Sequence record: NC_070952.1
DNA length: 64,000 nt
Direction: 5' to 3' (one strand)
A model generated the notes under the pieces. The model saw only the letters and a program-made list of their open reading frames with translations, ran no database searches and was not told the DNA's origin. This document shows positions 48,183-57,416 of this stretch, one piece after another; the stretch's first letter is position 1; the number at the start of each line of letters is the position of its first letter. A program made the position numbers and the translations under genes.

Positions 48183-48737
48183 ATGTCTATTAATTTAAAC
48201 ACTCTGCGCATTGCTACCCAAGTACGTGAACTTCTTCTTCAGGGTGTAACACTGAAAAATACTTTTAAAGGAATGGAAGAGACCTGGCTCAGTTTGTATG
48301 ACACAGACAAACGCTGCCTGATCGTGGAACAACACGCTACCAAGGTTAAATTCCAGCTGGTCAGCACCTATGCAATCAAACTGATCAGATACATAAACAG
48401 CATCGTGGGTCTTGATCTGGTTCCGCTGGCACAACAAGATCCAGAAACTCGTACCTGGAAGAACGATGCCGTTGTTCTGAACATCGGTGGTAACAAAGTA
48501 AAGAGCCATGAACATATGTTCCGGGCCATGTTACTTAACCTGTTCGGGATCTCTGAAGACATCATCGCTATCGCGTTTGAACCGACTGCTGAAAACATTC
48601 GTACATATGTTAAGAAAACGTATGACATCGATCTGGGCGATACTGAAGGCTTGACCTCAGAGCTCACGATCGAAGAAGCCGAAGAGGCATTACAAACCTA
48701 CTTGGCTGATCCAACCAAAGCGTATCGACTTTACTAA
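48183..48737 (+). CDS. hypothetical protein
   Basis: AAGG RBS; flanked by hairpins. Confidence 0.7.
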   Translation: MSINLNTLRIATQVRELLLQGVTLKNTFKGMEETWLSLYDTDKRCLIVEQHATKVKFQLVSTYAIKLIRYINSIVGLDLVPLAQQDPETRTWKNDAVVLNIGGNKVKSHEHMFRAMLLNLFGISEDIIAIAFEPTAENIRTYVKKTYDIDLGDTEGLTSELTIEEAEEALQTYLADPTKAYRLY

Positions 48738-48744
48738 TTAAACT

Positions 48745-48772
48745 GACTAAGAGGGGTAACTCCTTCTTAGTC
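48745..48772 (+). terminator. terminator hairpin
   Basis: GACTAAGAGGGG-TAAC-TCCTTCTTAGTC then T-rich tract. Confidence 0.65.
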
Positions 48773-48789
48773 TATTTATTTTCAGGCTG

Positions 48790-48807
48790 ATATTATTAGA
48801 GTGTAAA
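48790..48807 (+). promoter_or_regulatory. candidate phage early promoter motif
   Basis: ATATTATTAGAGTGTAAA. Confidence 0.65.
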
Positions 48808-48834
48808 CTATATAAATATTTTTCTGGAGTTGTT

Positions 48835-49782
48835 ATGGAATCGTTAATGTTGCGTCGTTTTACTCGATCTGAAGAAGATGAACTGGATGTTTTCCACGGA
48901 ACCTCTGTAAAGAAATCCCAGGTAATTACCATAGGGCAGGTTCTTCTTCTTAACTGCTATTACCCAACCCAAGAATTTGAAGCCCCTCGTTTGAATGAGG
49001 CACTGTGCCAATTCAACTATGGTAACGGGCGTGTCTCTCCTTTCCTGAATAAAGTTGACGCTATCCGATTGACTGAATCATTACGTGGACTGTTACCGCG
49101 TATTCAGCGTGATGGCGAGCGCACCCAAATGGGTGATCGTTTAAAATGTGGTGAAGTTCAGATTAGCGGTACCGAAATGCATTTTGCCAATAATGGTGGT
49201 CGGTATAAGAACAGAGGAGATGCTGTTGAGTTTATCAGTGGGTTGATCTCTGGGTTAACTTCTTTTGTGGCGGAGAGTGGGGAACAGTATCCTTTCATCA
49301 CGAAAAAGAAATACGAGAACGGGGTTGACACCGATACCATGTTATTGGTTACCCATCACGGTGACTTAAGTTACGACGCTTTCCCTTCTTATCTCCGTTA
49401 CACCCACTCCACTAACGGACGGGGTGGTGAGCTGACTCTGCAATACGGACAGCTTCGCCTTTATTTAAATGAAGGACATACCCGTGGTGTGAGCTGGAAG
49501 CACTTCTTAGCTGTGCTGGCAGAAGGTCTGGCCAATGTAGCTAAAGCAATAGAAGACGGCGCTAAGCATCATACAGAACGTCTGTATGAAGATCACGTTG
49601 TGCTGGGTAAGTACAATTTCTATGTCGGGATGATTCGTGAATATCGTGGCACCTTTGTGGTCATTAGTTCCGATCTTTCCTGTACTAACTCTAAGGTGAG
49701 TTTTGTTGTTGAAAAAGACAACTTCACTCAGCTGAAGAATTTCATTAAAGCAGTTGTTCTTTATCTGGAGAAAGATAAATGA
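48835..49782 (+). CDS. hypothetical multi-module protein, probable paralog of 51360..52310
   Basis: GGAG RBS; similar length and C-terminal SD....N.K motif. Confidence 0.7.
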   Translation: MESLMLRRFTRSEEDELDVFHGTSVKKSQVITIGQVLLLNCYYPTQEFEAPRLNEALCQFNYGNGRVSPFLNKVDAIRLTESLRGLLPRIQRDGERTQMGDRLKCGEVQISGTEMHFANNGGRYKNRGDAVEFISGLISGLTSFVAESGEQYPFITKKKYENGVDTDTMLLVTHHGDLSYDAFPSYLRYTHSTNGRGGELTLQYGQLRLYLNEGHTRGVSWKHFLAVLAEGLANVAKAIEDGAKHHTERLYEDHVVLGKYNFYVGMIREYRGTFVVISSDLSCTNSKVSFVVEKDNFTQLKNFIKAVVLYLEKDK

Positions 49783-50447
49783 CTGATATTGCGGGCGTAC
49801 AAATTCCTGAGGGAATGAAAGTGGATAATGTAACCTTTAAGGAGAGTTACACCCAGGCTCGGGATGAATTCGGTAACGGTTATATCGAATTCGATATTGA
49901 CGGCAAGATTAAAACTGCTGAGTACACCAATACTTCTTATGGTTCTCCACCTAAGGACGTAAAGGGATACAACAAGTCCATCAAAAACTTCACTGGTATT
50001 CTGGACTTAATTGATTTCACAATCATTGCAGTGCGTGGTCAATTGGTATTTGGATTTGGCTGCGCGGTACCTGAAGCTATGGCTATGTTTACTTCTTTCT
50101 ATAGTTGGGGGCGTATCTGGGAAGAAATGCGTGGACATTTTGGTTCACTGAAAGAAGAAGACATAGAGGCGTTTGAATCAGCCCTGAATCATTTTATCAA
50201 GGGGTTATCGAAACCTTTAGATGAAGAAATTGTTTCTGAGGACTTTATTGATCAGACTAACCCTTTCTTTTCCCACTACAGCGGGCATATGTCGTCGGCT
50301 GCTTGGATGAGTCATATCCATAGTGTTCGTGAGTTGTATCAACGCGGTTACGTAACCGATAAAGATTCTTATTTGGAAGAGCGTTGGGAAGGAAGCTTCG
50401 CCAAAGAACGCACACTTCCTGTAATTCAGGGAAACAAAAATGACTGA
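49779..50447 (+). CDS. hypothetical protein
   Basis: ATGA overlap; GGAG RBS. Confidence 0.7.
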   Translation: MTDIAGVQIPEGMKVDNVTFKESYTQARDEFGNGYIEFDIDGKIKTAEYTNTSYGSPPKDVKGYNKSIKNFTGILDLIDFTIIAVRGQLVFGFGCAVPEAMAMFTSFYSWGRIWEEMRGHFGSLKEEDIEAFESALNHFIKGLSKPLDEEIVSEDFIDQTNPFFSHYSGHMSSAAWMSHIHSVRELYQRGYVTDKDSYLEERWEGSFAKERTLPVIQGNKND

Positions 50448-50829
50448 TAAAATCAGTAAAGTGGTGGAGCTGATTAAAGTAGCTAAACCAAAGAACGTTT
50501 GTGTGTTATTGGAAGTCCCGGTGGGTCATACCTTTGACGATGCCAAAGTAAACAGCCGTAATGTTCAGCGCTTGGATGAGATCTTAGGTGAGGTAGAAGA
50601 TGGGGCGGTTGATCCATCTATTCCTATGACATGCCATCTCGTCACCAAGACACCTGTTAAAGAAGGGCATGCACAGATTCTTCCGATGTACTCTTTCTTT
50701 GATCCAAAGGTGAAACTGCGCAGCGTCATGGTTTATGATCTGGTTCTCGTTAAATGCCTCGACAACAAGTACCTGGTTATGAAAGTACCGGAAGGGATTG
50801 ACCTTCTTCCATTCGCTCAGCTTGATTAA
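50440..50829 (+). CDS. hypothetical protein, degenerate alpha/beta family member
   Basis: YDLVLVKCLDNKYLVMKVP resembles ADIVLYLNMYEQWVVMKTP of 54305..55270. Confidence 0.65.
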   Translation: MTDKISKVVELIKVAKPKNVCVLLEVPVGHTFDDAKVNSRNVQRLDEILGEVEDGAVDPSIPMTCHLVTKTPVKEGHAQILPMYSFFDPKVKLRSVMVYDLVLVKCLDNKYLVMKVPEGIDLLPFAQLD

Positions 50830-50841
50830 AAGGAATAAACG

Positions 50842-51246
50842 ATGGTTGATTGTGATTTGCCTGATTGTCAGTTTGATCCTATCGATCAACGAGACGGTTC
50901 CGATAAGCATTACATTCGTGCGGTCAGTTCCCGTCGTTCTGGGAAATATTTGGTCCGTAACTTGGAACACATTGCTATTGCATTGGATATCCTCCAAGTT
51001 GCCAAGTGTGTAGAAAGCATCGGTGACAGCGAAGGGGTTGATTCTAAGCTTCTGCAAGGCCGGAATATTAATGTCATCTTTGGCATTAAAGGAAATGGAA
51101 CCTGGGCAGGTTACCGTCAATATGTACTTGATAAATACAATATTGATATGGGTCCAGTTCCTGAAAATGCACAGCGTCCGTATTCTGTTACCATTGAAGT
51201 CACTATCCATAACTGGCTGAATGGCGAACCGCTGTTGTTTTATTAA
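50842..51246 (+). CDS. hypothetical protein
   Basis: AAGGA RBS; contains SSRRSGK. Confidence 0.7.
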   Translation: MVDCDLPDCQFDPIDQRDGSDKHYIRAVSSRRSGKYLVRNLEHIAIALDILQVAKCVESIGDSEGVDSKLLQGRNINVIFGIKGNGTWAGYRQYVLDKYNIDMGPVPENAQRPYSVTIEVTIHNWLNGEPLLFY

Positions 51247-51359
51247 TGTATTACTGAAGTAGTAATAACTGGGGATCACTGACCAAACTCCCCATTGCAA
51301 TAAAAACGGTCTAACTGACCAATATCTTTTATCATTCAAACATAAATAGGAATGAACAC

Positions 51360-52310
51360 ATGTTAAAATCTAAAGAGTCCTACTCATCTGAAAAGGCTTA
51401 TATCCGAGCTTTCTTTTTACATAACTCTTATACCACAGATTACCCCATCGACCCAATCGTGGGATCTTTCATTAGAGTAATTCATCCGTGTGAAGATCAG
51501 CCCACTGGTGACGGTAAAGGTTATTATACTCGACCTCAAGTTTTGTTCTTTGGTAATGGAAATTTGAGTCGGTTCTATGAACTGACCGACATGATCAAAA
51601 TTAAAGGTGACCTGGAATTTATGATCGACGCTATTTCTAATTCCAAATCCCCTAAAGAGGTTAATCTTGGAATAAATAGCGTATTTCATGTTAAGCATGG
51701 AAATATTTTCTTTAAGGCTCACGGATCTGAAACAAATACGTATTTTGCATCAAACCCTTTGTCTAGACCCCCTAGTTATGTAAAGGCGATGTTTGATAAC
51801 CTATTGGATTCGATGGATCGCATTATTAATGGAGTTCCGCCCAAGGACAGTGTACTTGAACTGGACGATATGATAATGGCCACGCTTAAATATCAAGTGG
51901 ATGGTGTGCGTTCTGCTATCATAATGACCGCTCGTAAATTTGAAAGTCGCGAACTTAATTTTATTATGCTTAGAAGATCGAATCAGCTGATGACCATTCC
52001 CCACTCATCTAAAGTTAGTGCGCGTGAGTATATTGTACCTTTCTTAGATTTAATCGAAGAAATAGGTGAAGCATTATTAGCTAAACCCGATCTAGAAAGG
52101 ATTGTTCGTTTTGTCGGGGAGCAAGATGATAACATGGAATATATTAACTCTCGGTATGCCGATCTGGGATCAGGCCCTAAGGTATTCACGACGCTTAATA
52201 GTGACCGCTATCCGGCTAATACCAAAATTAACCTTGGCTACGATCCTATTTTTCACAAACAGTTAAAAGAGAAGGTAGTCGAGTTCTGTAATCGATTCTC
52301 TACTTTATAA
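51360..52310 (+). CDS. hypothetical multi-module protein, probable paralog of 48835..49782
   Basis: 316-aa AT-rich ORF. Confidence 0.7.
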   Translation: MLKSKESYSSEKAYIRAFFLHNSYTTDYPIDPIVGSFIRVIHPCEDQPTGDGKGYYTRPQVLFFGNGNLSRFYELTDMIKIKGDLEFMIDAISNSKSPKEVNLGINSVFHVKHGNIFFKAHGSETNTYFASNPLSRPPSYVKAMFDNLLDSMDRIINGVPPKDSVLELDDMIMATLKYQVDGVRSAIIMTARKFESRELNFIMLRRSNQLMTIPHSSKVSAREYIVPFLDLIEEIGEALLAKPDLERIVRFVGEQDDNMEYINSRYADLGSGPKVFTTLNSDRYPANTKINLGYDPIFHKQLKEKVVEFCNRFSTL

Positions 52311-52341
52311 ATACCCTTACCATAAAGTTTATTATTTAACA

Positions 52342-52369
52342 TGTTTACCCAGGACGTCCTGGGTAAACA
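52342..52369. repeat. perfect 28-bp palindrome
   Basis: TGTTTACCCAGGACGTCCTGGGTAAACA. Confidence 0.7.
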
Positions 52370-52389
52370 GTTTAGGAGAATTATTTTTT

Positions 52390-53202
52390 ATGTCTTTAGC
52401 TAATATCGTTTCGAACGTAATGAAGAAGTATACGGTTAACCCAAAGAAAGTTTCGCTGTTCTTAAAGAACAAAAACCTGGGTGATGATGTTTACCAGTTA
52501 GAAGAAGCAATTGCTCTTTTCAAACCTTCTACGCTGGTGATTGGGTTTACCTCTGAAGACTCTCACGCAGTCAGCACAAAGCTGATGGATGTGTTGAAAG
52601 ATCTTTTCCCAGAGATAAAGCTTTATCGTTTCCCTATTAGTCGTAAGTCTAATGGTGAGATGGTGATCAGTTATTCGTATAAAGTTGATGATGAGGACGT
52701 TCCTTATTACCCTAATGCTTCTCAAATGGATTTTATTCTTCCTGACTTTGGTATTGTCATCACAGAAGAGTTATCCATTCTGTCATTCCGACCAGCGTCT
52801 ATCCCTGGGAATGTCAAGTTTAAAGCGGGCGATGTATTAGAAGAACGTAAAGACGAACTTCGTACTCTGGATGTTGAGAAAGAGTACCCGACAGATGACA
52901 TGTATATCGTTAATGACCTGACAAAGAAATGGGTCAAGCGTATTCTTATTTGTCACGCCGGGGATATCCATAAATCCAAAACGATGAATGACCTTACCAA
53001 GATTATTCGTTATGTCTTAATTAGTAAACCACGGATCACTATTCAGACACAGTGTTTGCTTGATTCTGAATCAGCAGCGGATGACCTGCTTGAAACGTAT
53101 AAGACGGCTGACATTGTTCTTCAGCTGGGTGACGAGATTAAAGTCTACGAACCTGAAGACGATGAGCTGGGTGAAGAAAAAGGTTTCCTCTTTTTAGAAT
53201 AA
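52390..53202 (+). CDS. hypothetical protein with two degenerate alpha/beta modules
   Basis: LKDLFPEIKLY; ITIQTQ...ADIVLQL. Confidence 0.7.
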   Translation: MSLANIVSNVMKKYTVNPKKVSLFLKNKNLGDDVYQLEEAIALFKPSTLVIGFTSEDSHAVSTKLMDVLKDLFPEIKLYRFPISRKSNGEMVISYSYKVDDEDVPYYPNASQMDFILPDFGIVITEELSILSFRPASIPGNVKFKAGDVLEERKDELRTLDVEKEYPTDDMYIVNDLTKKWVKRILICHAGDIHKSKTMNDLTKIIRYVLISKPRITIQTQCLLDSESAADDLLETYKTADIVLQLGDEIKVYEPEDDELGEEKGFLFLE

Positions 53203-53210
53203 GGTTAATC

Positions 53211-53609
53211 ATGAAACTTGATGATCTGGTACATTTTCCAATGACAGGAAAGTCTAACTTTACTTTGGATGATATTCTCTTTATGGGTAGCGTTAAAACC
53301 CTAGTGATTGTCCAGAAATCCAAAGGTGAATCATCGGCAGAAGCACTGAAGAAAGAAATGAGTGAGTCTCGTAACTCGCGGGTTTCCAGTATTGTGGTGT
53401 ATTGCGTTCCGTCCGGTGAACCAAAGTTCGATTACAATCCTTTTAATTCGGGGGCTCCTATCTTATTTGAAGAGGTAGGATTAACCAGTGCTATTCTGCT
53501 TGATGTTGAACTCATGGTGATGGAAGAAGAAGGAAGGATGACAGTCATGCGTTATACTGATTTTCCTTCTACCATTGCGCTCTCTAAACGTTATTTTGGA
53601 CGACCATAA
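53211..53609 (+). CDS. hypothetical protein, degenerate alpha/beta family member
   Basis: AAGG RBS; KTLVIV...DVELMVM...TVMR. Confidence 0.65.
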   Translation: MKLDDLVHFPMTGKSNFTLDDILFMGSVKTLVIVQKSKGESSAEALKKEMSESRNSRVSSIVVYCVPSGEPKFDYNPFNSGAPILFEEVGLTSAILLDVELMVMEEEGRMTVMRYTDFPSTIALSKRYFGRP

Positions 53610-53860
53610 TGAAGAAGATTATTCTAGCTTTGTTGTTAGTGTCTGGGTTTGCAAGTGCGACTGTTAACACCATTGATAATATCAATGGTTCTGAAGGTCC
53701 GTATAAGTCCGGTCGCATTATTGTCCAACAAACGGGAGATGGAGATATTTATACTGATCAGAAAACTGGCTGTCAGTGGTATATCATCTCCACAGGTACA
53801 GATGCAAAAATAGACCTGGGTTGTTTCCCGGAGTTTATTTCTGAAGAATTCAAAAAGTAA
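53609..53860 (+). CDS. small secreted protein (DUF6440-like TDxxTGCQ motif)
   Basis: Signal peptide MKKIILALLLVSGFASA; YTDQKTGCQWY; two Cys. Confidence 0.7.
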   Translation: MKKIILALLLVSGFASATVNTIDNINGSEGPYKSGRIIVQQTGDGDIYTDQKTGCQWYIISTGTDAKIDLGCFPEFISEEFKK

Positions 53861-53881
53861 GTGCCATATATCTTCAAGTAG

Positions 53882-53899
53882 ATATTATTAACGTGAAGC
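53882..53899 (+). promoter_or_regulatory. candidate phage early promoter motif
   Basis: ATATTATTAACGTGAAGC. Confidence 0.5.
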
Positions 53900-53960
53900 T
53901 GAAAAGCTGGGAAGACGAATACGTACTTCCTTTATCTTCTTAACCTTAGTGAGAATAAAA

Positions 53961-54293
53961 ATGCAAATATTTCAAATTCACGAATTACTTGAAAATAGTC
54001 CTGGCCTTACTGTTACACTTATTCCTGGTTACGGTAGCGGGTACACTGATGATCAACAAGAGTTTATCAATGGTCATGTGATGGATATGGTTGGACGCCT
54101 TCGTCAACTCGATCCTTCTGTGAAAATTGTTATCTCTTCGATGGACACCAATACCTCTATCCGCGAAGCCGAAATTAAAACGGTGTCGCTGGCACTTACT
54201 TCCGACATTCTTTTGTATGTTACCCCTACCTGCGTGAGCATTGCAAAGTGGCGTCGGTTCCACGATCGTGTTGGTTCTACTGTAGGTAGCTGA
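53961..54293 (+). CDS. hypothetical protein resembling the C-terminal half of a RecA/DnaB-type fold
   Basis: RLRQLDPSVKIVISS...SDILLYV...IAKWR. Confidence 0.65.
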   Translation: MQIFQIHELLENSPGLTVTLIPGYGSGYTDDQQEFINGHVMDMVGRLRQLDPSVKIVISSMDTNTSIREAEIKTVSLALTSDILLYVTPTCVSIAKWRRFHDRVGSTVGS

Positions 54294-54304
54294 TCGAGGT
54301 TGGT

Positions 54305-55270
54305 ATGGAACTTCATCAACGTTGGCTTGCTGTATTACGTGGTGAGCGAATGAAAGATAAAATAGCTCTTGCTGAAGGCAAGATCACTAACGAGGAATAT
54401 ATGGAAAACGTTAACTGGCATAATCATAATAACATCAATCGGCGATACGGTGCTGTTGGACGTGAACGTCAGTTCGTCGAAGCGGGTAAATTGATTAAGA
54501 ACAAAGAGAAAATTCTGGTGCTGGTACCTCATGGCACGTCCGAAGAACTGAACGCGAACTCGATCAGATTCTGGAATCTTCAAGACGTCCTTCTTAATGC
54601 GGTTTATCAAGAAGATCCTGACTCTGCAGATTTGAAAGATCCTCATTATGTATTGATGGATCCCACATTCGATGAGTTACGCAACCCAACTGGTTTGATT
54701 CAGAAAGAAATAACCAAGGCTGACATTGTTCTGTATTTGAACATGTATGAGCAATGGGTTGTGATGAAAACCCCTCATCAGGAATTGGATAACCGTTATC
54801 TGTGGGTTCTGGAAATTCCGGCAGTCAAGCTGGATGATTTGTTTGTTAACAATCCCAAAGAAGTCTGGGTCTACATCGACCATCGTCTCGGTCACACCAA
54901 TGATTGCGAGAATCTGTATCATGGATTCGCTGAACGTCTGGCCAAGGTTAAACCAGATGTTAAACTTCATCTCATGTCTGGTCATCCACATACTGAATGG
55001 ATGCGCGATAAAGAGATCGTTCTGATGGCGGGTCGTTTTGACTTCTTCGTTAAACACGCTCCGCAAACCCCGCATATTGCGAAGGTTATCCCTCTTAACG
55101 AGTTAGTCGAACCTGATTCAAAAATACATCAACACCTGTATTTTGGTCATTCCACTCTGACATCTCAATGCCGCACTGAGTTCTCGCGTGAAAAACCACT
55201 GATGCCATATGAAGCACCAGGGGCTGGGTACTGTGCCGATAAACTGATTCCCGATTCTGACGATAAATAA
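54305..55270 (+). CDS. hypothetical protein with two degenerate alpha/beta modules
   Basis: ADIVLYL...VVMKTP; VYIDH...RLAKVKPDVKLHLMS. Confidence 0.7.
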   Translation: MELHQRWLAVLRGERMKDKIALAEGKITNEEYMENVNWHNHNNINRRYGAVGRERQFVEAGKLIKNKEKILVLVPHGTSEELNANSIRFWNLQDVLLNAVYQEDPDSADLKDPHYVLMDPTFDELRNPTGLIQKEITKADIVLYLNMYEQWVVMKTPHQELDNRYLWVLEIPAVKLDDLFVNNPKEVWVYIDHRLGHTNDCENLYHGFAERLAKVKPDVKLHLMSGHPHTEWMRDKEIVLMAGRFDFFVKHAPQTPHIAKVIPLNELVEPDSKIHQHLYFGHSTLTSQCRTEFSREKPLMPYEAPGAGYCADKLIPDSDDK

Positions 55271-55332
55271 GAAGTAACCCTTATACCAATGTAGTAACAC
55301 CCACCACTCATTTTTAAGTAATAGGATATATC

Positions 55333-55767
55333 ATGTCACAGAACAAACCTTTCGGTAAGATTCAAGATGCACGCGTTAAAGAACTGGTAGAGAATGCCGA
55401 GATCCATAAAGACACTCACCACATCACGTTCAAAACGCCGGCGTCTTTGTCTCCGGAAAAGATTGATCAGATGAAAGAAAGTGTTACCCTGATCAATGGC
55501 TGGGGTCTGGCGGTTGAGGCGGCGACTAATGAAATCGCTCATACTCAATTCCCAGAAACCAAGCAAGAATCCTGGGACGGTCGTTTGTCACTGTTTGATG
55601 GACTGACGATGAATGCCGATGCGCGTCTTAAAGAGACCATTGGTGATGACACCATCTTTGGTGGTACTCAACTGTTTATCGATCATCCACATTCTCAGGA
55701 CATGGTTGATTGGTACTCTACCTTCACTGAAACCAACATCGAACGTGCTAAGAAACTGTTTGACTGA
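55333..55767 (+). CDS. hypothetical protein
   Basis: AGGA RBS; followed by a hairpin. Confidence 0.75.
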   Translation: MSQNKPFGKIQDARVKELVENAEIHKDTHHITFKTPASLSPEKIDQMKESVTLINGWGLAVEAATNEIAHTQFPETKQESWDGRLSLFDGLTMNADARLKETIGDDTIFGGTQLFIDHPHSQDMVDWYSTFTETNIERAKKLFD

Positions 55768-55788
55768 TTAGCTTGCCAGCAGGCGATG

Positions 55789-55815
55789 CCTCCTCTGGGT
55801 TAGTCCCAGAGGAGG
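55789..55815 (+). terminator. terminator hairpin
   Basis: CCTCCTCTGGG-TTAGT-CCCAGAGGAGG. Confidence 0.6.
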
Positions 55816-55837
55816 TTCACTAAGAGGTTTTATTTTT

Positions 55838-56176
55838 ATGCTAAACGAATCCGTTTATTCTAACTTTGAAAAGACGTTTAGTTTGTTCTTAATGCGGTGT
55901 AACCAATTGGATATCGTTGCTCACGATAAGACTAATGCGTTTAAAGATTTAAGAAGGTTAATGCGCGGTGTTTGTAAAGGACCCATTAATCCACTGCTTT
56001 ATAAAAAGTTTGGAGTATCCAATCAGACATATTGTAATTCAAGTATGTGGTCACTGACTTTATCTAATCGCAATGGTGATCTATTATATTTAGATTCGGC
56101 CAATTACCCTTATTTCAAACACTGGATTCTTAATATCAAAACAGCTCCTACACTTAATATATGGAAGTGGTTATGA
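55838..56176 (+). CDS. small tandem-paralog family member 1
   Basis: LTLSNRNGDLLYLDSANYPYFKHWI. Confidence 0.6.
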   Translation: MLNESVYSNFEKTFSLFLMRCNQLDIVAHDKTNAFKDLRRLMRGVCKGPINPLLYKKFGVSNQTYCNSSMWSLTLSNRNGDLLYLDSANYPYFKHWILNIKTAPTLNIWKWL

Positions 56177-56532
56177 TGTATGAGACATTAAGTATCATCC
56201 GCATCATGGCTTGCGATAATAAGAAACGCATGCGACCTCGCAATATTAAAATGCGGGAAGTGGATAAAGAGTTTGCTCGCATTATCAAAACAGTTCGCTT
56301 AGGGAAACCTGTTGCTAAGACTGGGTACATGTACCTTAAGGTGACCGAGAAACGTGAGGGAGATCATGGGTGGGAACTTCACCTTCAGGCTTTCAATACC
56401 CATGGTTCAAAAGTGATCATCAATCGTTCTAATTGGAGTGATTTCAAAAATTGGGTAGAGGGGCGTGGTTGGAACTTCATCTGTAAACCATCTACCATGG
56501 AACAATGGAATCGTGATTATGGACAAAAATGA
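56161..56532 (+). CDS. small tandem-paralog family member 2
   Basis: DKEFARII...HGSKVIINRSNWSDFKNWV; true start may be 56173 or 56176. Confidence 0.65.
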   Translation: MEVVMMYETLSIIRIMACDNKKRMRPRNIKMREVDKEFARIIKTVRLGKPVAKTGYMYLKVTEKREGDHGWELHLQAFNTHGSKVIINRSNWSDFKNWVEGRGWNFICKPSTMEQWNRDYGQK

Positions 56533-57097
56533 ACACGTCAAACACAAACGCAAAATCGTTGTCCCACCACCTGGTTTAATAGGATTCATTTCAAGCCACC
56601 GTCTCACTCCTGTCAAGAGATTAACAGGGGGTAAGTTAGTCCCCACTGAAAAATACTTGTTGGACGTGAAGTTATGTTTCTTCTGGCCAAGCTCATATGT
56701 CGAGATTCATAACAACGCTGATGAAGACCTGATGTTATCCTTCAATGCTTATCTTGATAAAATCAAAATGATCAGGGTAATGTGTGAGGATATGGTCGAA
56801 CATCTGAATACTGGTAAGGGTCCTTTCGTTAGACGTGAGTTTCTTAATGACGCGACAATTAACGATGGGTTTGGTGGAACACTGTTTATGACAGCTGATC
56901 CAGATCATCCAACCAACTATTGTATCTTTGAAGTGTCTAGCTGTTATAAGAAATATCGACACAGTGGAACACCGAGCGTTTTAAAGAAATACCTTAAAGA
57001 TCTAATCTCTTTTATTAACGATGCGGAAACAGACCTCGTCCTTATAAAAGAAAAGATTGATCAAACTTTGTTGGAGAAAAAGAAGGATGAAAAGTGA
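56519..57097 (+). CDS. hypothetical protein, paralog of 58373..58972
   Basis: RREFLN...FEVSSCYKK...LISFINDA. Confidence 0.65.
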   Translation: MDKNEHVKHKRKIVVPPPGLIGFISSHRLTPVKRLTGGKLVPTEKYLLDVKLCFFWPSSYVEIHNNADEDLMLSFNAYLDKIKMIRVMCEDMVEHLNTGKGPFVRREFLNDATINDGFGGTLFMTADPDHPTNYCIFEVSSCYKKYRHSGTPSVLKKYLKDLISFINDAETDLVLIKEKIDQTLLEKKKDEK

Positions 57098-57416
57098 CTT
57101 CTACAAAAATCTGGGATTGATCGTGGCGAGCTCAATACAAGACTCGCCCAGACCGATCACAGATAAACGAAAGCTCAATGAAATAAAGGGAGAGTTAAGG
57201 AATATCTCCAGGGTCTTTCTTTCGGGTGGACGAAGTCTGATAAAGAGCGATTATTTCAAGATTACACCGGGGCGTGATTTATTCATACTCTCCTCTCTTT
57301 CTGGAGGAAACGGGGTGGTCATTAATAAATCAAATGTTCAATTGTTAACGGACTGGGTTGAGCATGGCTCTAAACCGTTAACCCTTGCTGCGTGGAAGAT
57401 AACGTATGGAAAGTGA
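57087..57416 (+). CDS. small tandem-paralog family member 3
   Basis: MKSDFYK; GNGVVINKSNVQLLTDWV. Confidence 0.65.
   Translation: MKSDFYKNLGLIVASSIQDSPRPITDKRKLNEIKGELRNISRVFLSGGRSLIKSDYFKITPGRDLFILSSLSGGNGVVINKSNVQLLTDWVEHGSKPLTLAAWKITYGK

Noticed and set aside
50584-51339. 251-aa minus-strand ORF
   Set aside because: Overlaps two + strand genes with good RBSs in a uniformly + strand region
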